From: Eledone cirrhosa
Taxonomy: Eukaryota
Assembly (NCBI GenBank): GCA_964016885.1
Contig: OZ024743.1
Span: forward strand, 22,258,001-22,322,000
Direction: 5' to 3'
Length of the DNA stretch: 64,000 nucleotides
The notes below the pieces were generated by a model, which had not been told where the DNA came from, did no database searches, and was given only the letters and a program-made list of their open reading frames with translations. The translations under genes and the position numbers were made by a program. Positions 55,710-64,000 of this stretch are shown here, in pieces. Numbering within the stretch: position 1 is the first letter of the stretch; each line of letters begins with the position of its first letter.

Positions 55710-56194
55710 TGGTATATATGTGTTGTGGAGTTGATTCGGTTGCTCGACGGCTGAGCTCCAGCTGTTTTGACAGCTAGATGCGAACTCTACTACCCTAAGT
55801 AACAAGTACTCTGGTGCGTTGTGGCACACCTGGTATCTTATCACACCTTCTTTGTTATACATATATATAATTATTTACACAGATTAGCCATACAGTGTAT
55901 AGCTAATCTGTGTAAATCTTTATCTATTTGTAACTACTCCATGGATTACTGATTACAGAACCCTCTAAGGATCACCTTATGATCAACCACCTGAAGTAAC
56001 CCTCTTGCTGAGTTAAAAGTCGCTGTATGCTGAGACAGTACTCTACTTATCAACACTTTTGTCTTAGCTATGTTCACTCTCAGTCTTCTTGATTCCAACT
56101 GCTGTTTCCATAGCCAGAATTTATTCTCTAGCTCCTCTACTGATTCTGCTATAAGAACTCTTAAACTAGAGTAACTGAAAATAATAACTCCCAA

Positions 56195-56275
<81 letters not shown>

Positions 56276-59200
56276 CAGCCCAAACCTACACTCATTCAAA
56301 GCAAGCATACCACTACATAGACCCCAATGCGGTACACTATAGCATCAATTCTTATGAACAAGAAGCCTTTAAAGAGGTATATATGTACATTATATGTGTG
56401 TATGTGTGAAAGTAAATAATGGTATGTCATGAAAAAAAAGTGTTGAGATTTATTATCATAAAGTCACTATAATGAGAGTGTTTATTCTCGTCAGGTCACA
56501 ATAAATATATTAACATTTAATATAAGTGTCACAATAAATAAACAGTTCATAGAAGGGCACAATAAATATATTAACAGTTCATAGAAGGGCATAATAATGA
56601 ATATTGGCACAATAAATCATGATACAAACAAACATTGTTTCTTTAATGAAAATGTATAAATAATGATAGTTTTAATCTAAATCATGGCAACAAATAACAG
56701 TGCTATGAAAGATATAATATGGACTGAGAATTTATAATAGCTAAGGAAAAGATAGATGTGGCTTTACAACATTTTCTCTACTTCAGCATACACTAGGACA
56801 ATGTAAGAGAGCCTCTATAAGGTCCACCAGCCTGCTAAAAATAACAGCCAAAAAGCCCTCAAAGCACACTTTACAATCCTCAAAGTTAGCCACCCTGGAT
56901 TGGTACTTTTATTTATCAATCTCAAAAGGATGAAAGGCAAAATTGACTTTCGCGGGATTTGAACTCGGAGTATAGAAGGACAGAGTTGCAAGGCATTCTA
57001 TCTGACATTTTAGTAACTGCCAAATTGTAACCTTATACAGCATATGTATGTGTGTGTGTGCGTGTATGTGTGCATGTACTTATAGTTAAATACTTGTTTA
57101 ACATTTTTTATACCAACCAACCACAAACTGCCTTGGTTTTATGATATAAAACTACCCTATATTAAAACCTCTCCTAATTATATTTAAACAATTTTTGCTA
57201 AGTAATGTTTCAAATATTAGCTTGCTAAGTAAAAGATTAATTTTCAAAATTAGTTAATACACATAGGCAGTATATTTCATTAGAAATATAGTAACAAAAT
57301 GATTAAATGGCAGGACTGTGTTCTGAGTGTTTGAAATGAAAGAGTATTGGGCAAGAAGTTTGTATGCTATCACTAACCTTGGATTGTATTATGACACAAA
57401 GATATGTTAATCTCAGCAGCTTCAATTAGTTCTATGATTATACTCCAGATGACATATTACCGAATCAACTGTAAATAGCAGCAACAATGTGAAGTGGATA
57501 CATGTTTTATTGTCTTGTAAGGTTAAATGAAGATTATCTCATCCTGAGGAATATTTATTTCTCATCTTCTAAAAACCATGAGAGCAGGAAGTAAAAGCCT
57601 ACAATTATGGATCTTTGAAATTCAGAAGGAATGTGTTTCAACTCAAGGGGTTCCATGAGTACTTGAGGTTCCATGATAAACTGAGTGAAAGAAGGAATTG
57701 AGGTGAAATATCAGCAAGCATATGTGGCTTTTTGAATATATTTTTAGCTGTTTTCAGTCATATACAAAAGAAAAGTTGAAGAGCTATTTGAAACATTCTT
57801 AAGTATCTTTTTTCCTTTATCTTCAATCCTTCTAAATTAGGAATTTGATAAATTCTTTCTATGATATTCCAATAATTATATACTATAAATGTACCATATC
57901 CATTTCTTTGACTGATCAGACTGAGTATATTACTGCTAACTTAACTTTAAGGCAGTTTGAATTCAGAACATTGGACGTCAGATCAAACAATTGTAAATCA
58001 TATTTAATTCAACTCTATATTATTTTTGTGACAATTCACAGACCTCATACACATAAACATAAAAATATATTGCAAGGAGCATAAGACATGTTTTCTTGTT
58101 ATTTAACTGTCACAAATGTTTTAAATCATAATCAAGTTTGAAAGAATGTTTTCTCAAATTCATATAAAATGTTTATATCCTGAAAAATTTTGGAAATTTG
58201 TAATCTAACTGATAGTTGATATATAATCACAGTTATGTATGGTTCTGAAATACATGGTCGATATTGAAGTAAGGAGTAGGCATAGTTGCTGTTTAGCTCC
58301 AGGTTGGCCTTCATTAAGGTAATGCACCATCAGAGTATCCCAACCAGGAATATTTCATCTTTCTCTATATCAGTAACTATGTTGTCCAGTGAAACCTTTA
58401 TTTAACACACCAGGTTGAAATCTGCAAAAGATTTGGCTATTATTTCTAGAAAAACAAACAACTGCATAGAAGCTCCCACCTTGACACAGCTTGTCCCAAT
58501 ATCCAATTATATATATCATCATCATAATGATTATTGTTTTACACCTGCTTTTTCATGGTTTGGTTGGACGCATCATTTTTAGCACAGAATCCCTCCATTC
58601 ATTGGAGTCTTTCATCATCTCTTCTGTGAGCTTCAGCAATTTGAGATTAGCTCTCATAACCTCTGCCTATGTTTTCTTTGGTCACCCTTTTTATTTCAAT
58701 GACCCAGAAGGATTAGGTATAGAGTTAAACCTGGAGGAACTGGAAGTTAGAATCAATAAAGTTGAAACTAAATTCCTGCCATAAATGATGATCAGTGAGT
58801 GGCTCAACAGTGATAGAGTGCCACAGCCACATGAACTTCTATGTGATATAGCTGATTTGAGCCATTCTAACAGATATGGTTCAAATCAGCTATATCACAT
58901 AATCTGTATCAAGGGTCAACATTAAAAATGCTACTAAACAGCTTTGGCATCACCTGGTTTCAAGCTAAGGACACCATTGTCCTCTCAAAAATATTTTGAA
59001 ATCTGACTAATTTTATAGATAATTTAAGGTTGTTAAAAATGGGCATGAGATCTGGCAAAAGAAAGACCATTACAAGTCAAAGCAAACAGCACTGGATTTC
59101 ATTAGATGAAGATTTGATGAAGGAAGAGGATAAGTGAATTAGAGCTTACTGCTAATACAATGATGCAAAAATATTTTCTAGGACTCAAAGCTGTATATGG

Positions 59201-60284
59201 TCCATTATCTGGAGACTAATTAAGACCTATGTATGTGTGTGTGTAAATGTAAACATAAAGACAGGATGATCCTGGTTGAAATGCCTTAGATCATGTGTTT
59301 ACTGAATCAGAGCTGGCATGGAAATCAACAACAAGTATCACAGTCTTATATTTAGGATATGCTACTCATGTTTTACTCAGTTACATCAATTTCCTATTTT
59401 CTGCATAGTTTATGCAGAAAATATACAGACATTTCAATAGATGGTGTTTATCTTATAAAACAACAGTGAAATTCCTAGCACCAGACATTTCTTTATATCT
59501 CTTTATGTTCTGAATTCAAATCTTCCTAGGATCAAATTCGCATTTCATTTCATCTTGCTGGTGTGAATATATTAAGTGCCAACTAACTACTGAGGTTGAT
59601 TAATTAAATCATTGACAAAATGTATGGATTTGTGCAAATGTTAAACAATGACCAGCATGTTACTGCTTTAGTACTCTCAATGATCAATTGATAAATAAAA
59701 CAAAACAGAATTGAAACAAAGGGAGGTCATTCACAGGTGTCAGCTCTGCCAATCACAAACAAAGCTATTGAGTGTATGTGGGATGTGGATAACAATAAAT
59801 ATGACATTCAAGCCTAAAAGTGTAAGTGATATACATAAAGGGAAATAATTTCTAACAGTAATCAAAGCAGCATTATTAGACATGTTCTTGAAGGAGTATA
59901 TCAATGGACTCCATGGTGCTCACTTGCTTTTATCTAATATTTAAAATGTTGTGTTTGTAAGTTGAATTATGAACTAGTAACATTTTTCAGAGAAAAGACA
60001 ATTGTTTTTTTCTTTTCTGTTTTTATAATTTTAACAAAAGAAAAAAGGGGTAGAAATTGATTTTCATGAGAAATTATTTTGAATGAATACTCAATGAATT
60101 TAAGTTCTCTACAAAAAATAATTTATCAAAATATTTTTTATATACATCATATGATGATATTCATGGAGTTTATCAAGATTCTTTTTTGTGGTTTTGTTTT
60201 ACTGTGACAAATATAATTAGGAAACAAGAATTTAGTTATTTAATTTCACACACACTTACATACACATATAACATGTGTTTGTAT

Positions 60285-60360
<76 letters not shown>

Positions 60361-61784
60361 CATACATACATATACTTCATCATACACACTATCTCATTTG
60401 TCTAAATTGGTTAAGGATTATCACTATCCCTTTTCACCTGACTGGACAAAGAAGGTCTTGTATTCGACCATTCTTTGGCCTAATATTATGGTTTATATAT
60501 TGAGCAGTAAATACTTTGCATTGTTTGAAAATTGCAAAGTATAATAAAGATTCTTTGACTTATGGTTTTATAATGTTTAATGACAATTAGAAATATTTTT
60601 AGAGCTAATAAGAAAATACATTATCTAATAAGGTATATTTTAGCTACAAATAATTCTAATTTTTCATTTTAAAATATTAATAATATATTGATGCATGCCA
60701 ATTTGGGGGTACATTAAGGGTATTTCACATGTATATTTGTAAATTGCTTCAAACTTTAATCACTTTTACTCCATTATTTCAAAACAGTGTATATTCTCAA
60801 GTTAAACAGAACATTTATGTTATAATGAAACGTTCAAATTTTACTTCATATATAATGTTCAATGTACTGTTTTCAGTACTCACAGTGCTGTAATGGTGTC
60901 AATGTGATAGACAGTAATGCATTCCTTGGCATGTATCAGTAGAGATCGTTGGTTGTTCTAGTGCCTAGGTCAATGTTTTGGCTTCACTAATACCATCATA
61001 GCAAGAGCAGTCATCAAGGCATCAGACACTAGTTAGATCACAAAATGTAAGCAAGATTAAGTGTCTTGCTTTTGCAATACTTTCAGTATGCTATGAACAC
61101 ACAGCCAATGACTCAAGAGACCGACCGTTATCTCATTCCCACAGTCTCACAGCTTCCTTGAATTGTAATTCACAATTTGTCAACATAAATTAGATAGTGT
61201 ATTTTTTACCAGACACCAGATAAATATATTACATCTGTTTGGTGAATGTAGATAAGACACTGTTTAAAAAGGAAATTACAAAACACTTCCCCCGACAAGA
61301 TGCTGTGGTCCAATATGTTTTCATATATAAATAACAGGATTTCAGAATAGTATTACATAAAATATAACACATTTAATCATCCTTTGTATATCTCCTTTCA
61401 TTTGACAATTTATCCCATTGCCGGCGGTTTTCTTCACAGCCTTCCAGAAGTGGCTTTAATTTTGTGGATATCTTACTTATTGCCTGAAATAGAAATACAG
61501 AAATATGAACAAAATGAAATAAATAAATAAATATCAACTACTATTTGTAAGATGTGCCCCCACTTAACGTTATCATGTATAAAATTGTTTCTTAATAGTT
61601 GTGTATATGTAGACATGTTTATGGTATGTATATAAAGGAATGTGTTTATGGTATGTTTATATATAATGATTTCTGGTATAGGCACAAGGCCAACAATGTT
61701 TTCACTTTATTCAATAACAAAAACAATTTTAGAAACAGACTGAACATAGATGCTGACCTATGGTAACACTTTTCCTACAATTGG

Positions 61785-61997
61785 TTTCTGGTTTAGGCAC
61801 AAGGCCAACCATTTTTGGAGGAGGGCAAAGTCGATTAAATCAACCCCAGTACTTACTGGTGCTTTATTTTATCAACCTCGTAAGGATGAAAGACAAAGCT
61901 AACCTTGATGGGATTTGAACTCAGGATGTAAAGGGTCATAACTAAATACTGCAAAGCATTTTGACCAACACTACCAATTCTGTCAATCCACTGCCCT
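61785..61997 (-). mobile_element. Older Nin-SINE (long variant); other intronic pieces at 50455-50541, 56895-57030, 62421-62510 and 63972-64000
   Basis: SINE blocks with CpG decay. Confidence 0.75.
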
Positions 61998-62851
61998 AGC
62001 AATTTGTATATAATAGATATTTATAAGTCTCACTATGACTGTTCTAAGCTGTGATTATGTAACAGTTATCCCAGTAACTGTGAAAGACCACCAGTGTTTC
62101 AAGATGTTTAATCCATCTTCAGCAGTGTTTACTCACTCAAGGCTATAACTAGAATAAGCTATAACTTATATAATATTTGCATATAAAGCATCTGTTAGAA
62201 AAGTTCATTTGCATATGATGTATGCTTGACTTAGCTGGGATTAATTAAACAGTAGCACTAACATAGCATGATTCATAATAGTGGTAATGTGTGTATATCA
62301 TGACTCATACACTGTTCACTTTCCTGACATTTGTACATTATTCTATGTATTATACATGCACCTTTGGTGAGTTGCAGTGCACCTCAGCACTATACACAAT
62401 AATTTTCATTACATTATTATATAATTGTTTCTATGTTTGGCACAAGGCCAGCAATTATCCAGTGCATTACTGGTACTTTATTTTATCGACCCCGTAAGAA
62501 TGAAAGGCAATAGTGATATATATGAAGGTGTATATATGTTTATGTATAATAAACATATATGCATTGCTATGACACTTTTAAGTAGAGATCATGTCACAGT
62601 TATCTCAATAGTTGTTAGGGTTACAATAGTTGTTAGATTCTTATGAAGCTATCATTTGTTTCAATTATTGTTTTTAAAAAAGGATGCACCTTCAAATGAC
62701 TAGCCATGAATTCTGAAGTCAGTCATAGGAACTGAAGCAAATGGGATGATGTACCTTCCCTAGTTTAAACATAGGACCATATAATCAGTATATGAGATTG
62801 CTACATTTCAATAAGCTTCGTGTTATGGAGAAGTTTAAGATGTTAATATTG

Positions 62852-63060
62852 GTTTCTTAATCTGGCACAAGGCCAGTGATTTTGGGGGAGGGGAAAGTTG
62901 ATTAAATCGACCCCAGTGGTACTTTATTTTATCGAGCCCATGAGGATGAAAGGCAAAGTTAACCTCGGTGGGATTTGAACTCAAATCATAAAGGGCCGTA
63001 ACTCTTTGCTGCAAAGCATGGCATCCGACTCTCTACCGATACTGCCAATCCACCGCCCTC
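62852..63060 (-). mobile_element. Nin-SINE, full length, with 17-bp TSD
   Basis: TSD TTAAGATGTTAATATTG at 62835-62851 and 63061-63077. Confidence 0.88.
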
Positions 63061-64000
63061 TTAAGATGTTAATATTGTGTGCATGTGTGTGTCTGTGAAA
63101 TACATATACACCAGATCCGAACACAAAGGAACCAAACTCCCACTGTCACTGCCTCCGTCTCTCCCGCTCTTCTCATCTCTCACTATTATTAGCAAGTGGG
63201 AGTCCATGCACTGGCTGCCCCATGGCCCCGACAGACAGAATACAGAAGGTGTCCTATGTCTCAACTCCTTGCTATTGTACATGTTAAGAGTATCATCTTT
63301 TGTGCCTCGTGATTCAAATTAGAAAAAAAAAAAAATCAAGCAAAAGATTTTTTTCAAATATTCAAACAAACAGAAGATTGAAAATAAATATTCAGTGAAT
63401 GAGTTGTGTATGGTGTGTAAACAAAGGAATAATGTTTATTTTGGTTCAGCAATTCTTAATTTTGTAGTGCTATTCACAATGAATATTTTTAAAGAATCTT
63501 TCCCAATGAACAGTATCAGTTGATTATGATATGCTTTATTCCCCATCTTGGTAATTTACAATAGCATTATCTGATAATTCTATAGAAGAAAATAAAGTTT
63601 GTGTAATATTCATGCTCAAAGGGTATTATCCTTTCATTACCATATTTCTATGGTAGTTAAATTAATTAATGAAAAATTTGGAGGAGTTTACTAAAGTTAT
63701 TAATTATTTCATTATTTGGATGATATTTGTATTATAACTTAACAATAATTTCTTATACCAGATTATATTGGAAAATTTTAATTGAAGTTGGAAACATTTA
63801 AAATGGTTGGCTATGTTTCATAGAACCATAAGTGATTTGGAGTGGGTTAGTATCAAAAGATTTAATGGTAGATGAGAATTGGTTTCAGGAATTAAAACTA
63901 GTTTTAGGATTCAGCATAGTAAAAACATATATCTTGTTAAACATTCCTCACAGTTAATCACTTGGTTTAAAAATAATTGTTTCTACATTTGGCACAAGGC

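Overview
Eukaryotic, very AT-rich, microsatellite-dense DNA. The SINE type and repeat landscape suggest an octopod cephalopod, but this is inference only. One host gene is supported: the first coding exon (43717-44499, +) of a GAF-domain PDE5/PDE11-type cyclic nucleotide phosphodiesterase, followed by an intron that runs off the window and contains a 3.2-kb TA satellite and a 200-N gap. The rest is transposon debris: a full-length but disrupted L1/Tx1 LINE, a DD37D (maT) Tc1/mariner, fragments of CRE, R4/Dong, RTE and Penelope-like (GIY-YIG) retroelements, a non-autonomous Helitron, hAT-like MITEs and about 20 copies of a tRNA-derived Nin-domain SINE. The strongest hidden signal is RNA structure. 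About ten minimal type I hammerhead ribozyme (HHR) motifs from several unrelated Penelope-like families could be read by eye. All have palindromic stem III, two families carry the compensatory U3-A8 core, two motifs have multibranched stem II, and several sit at the pivot of DNA fold-back palindromes. A second notable signal is a GT-AG 39-nt cassette spanning exactly the ORF1/ORF2 spacer of the L1/Tx1 element. Nearly all short ORFs in the supplied track are microsatellite artefacts. All structures were paired by hand; nothing was computed or searched.
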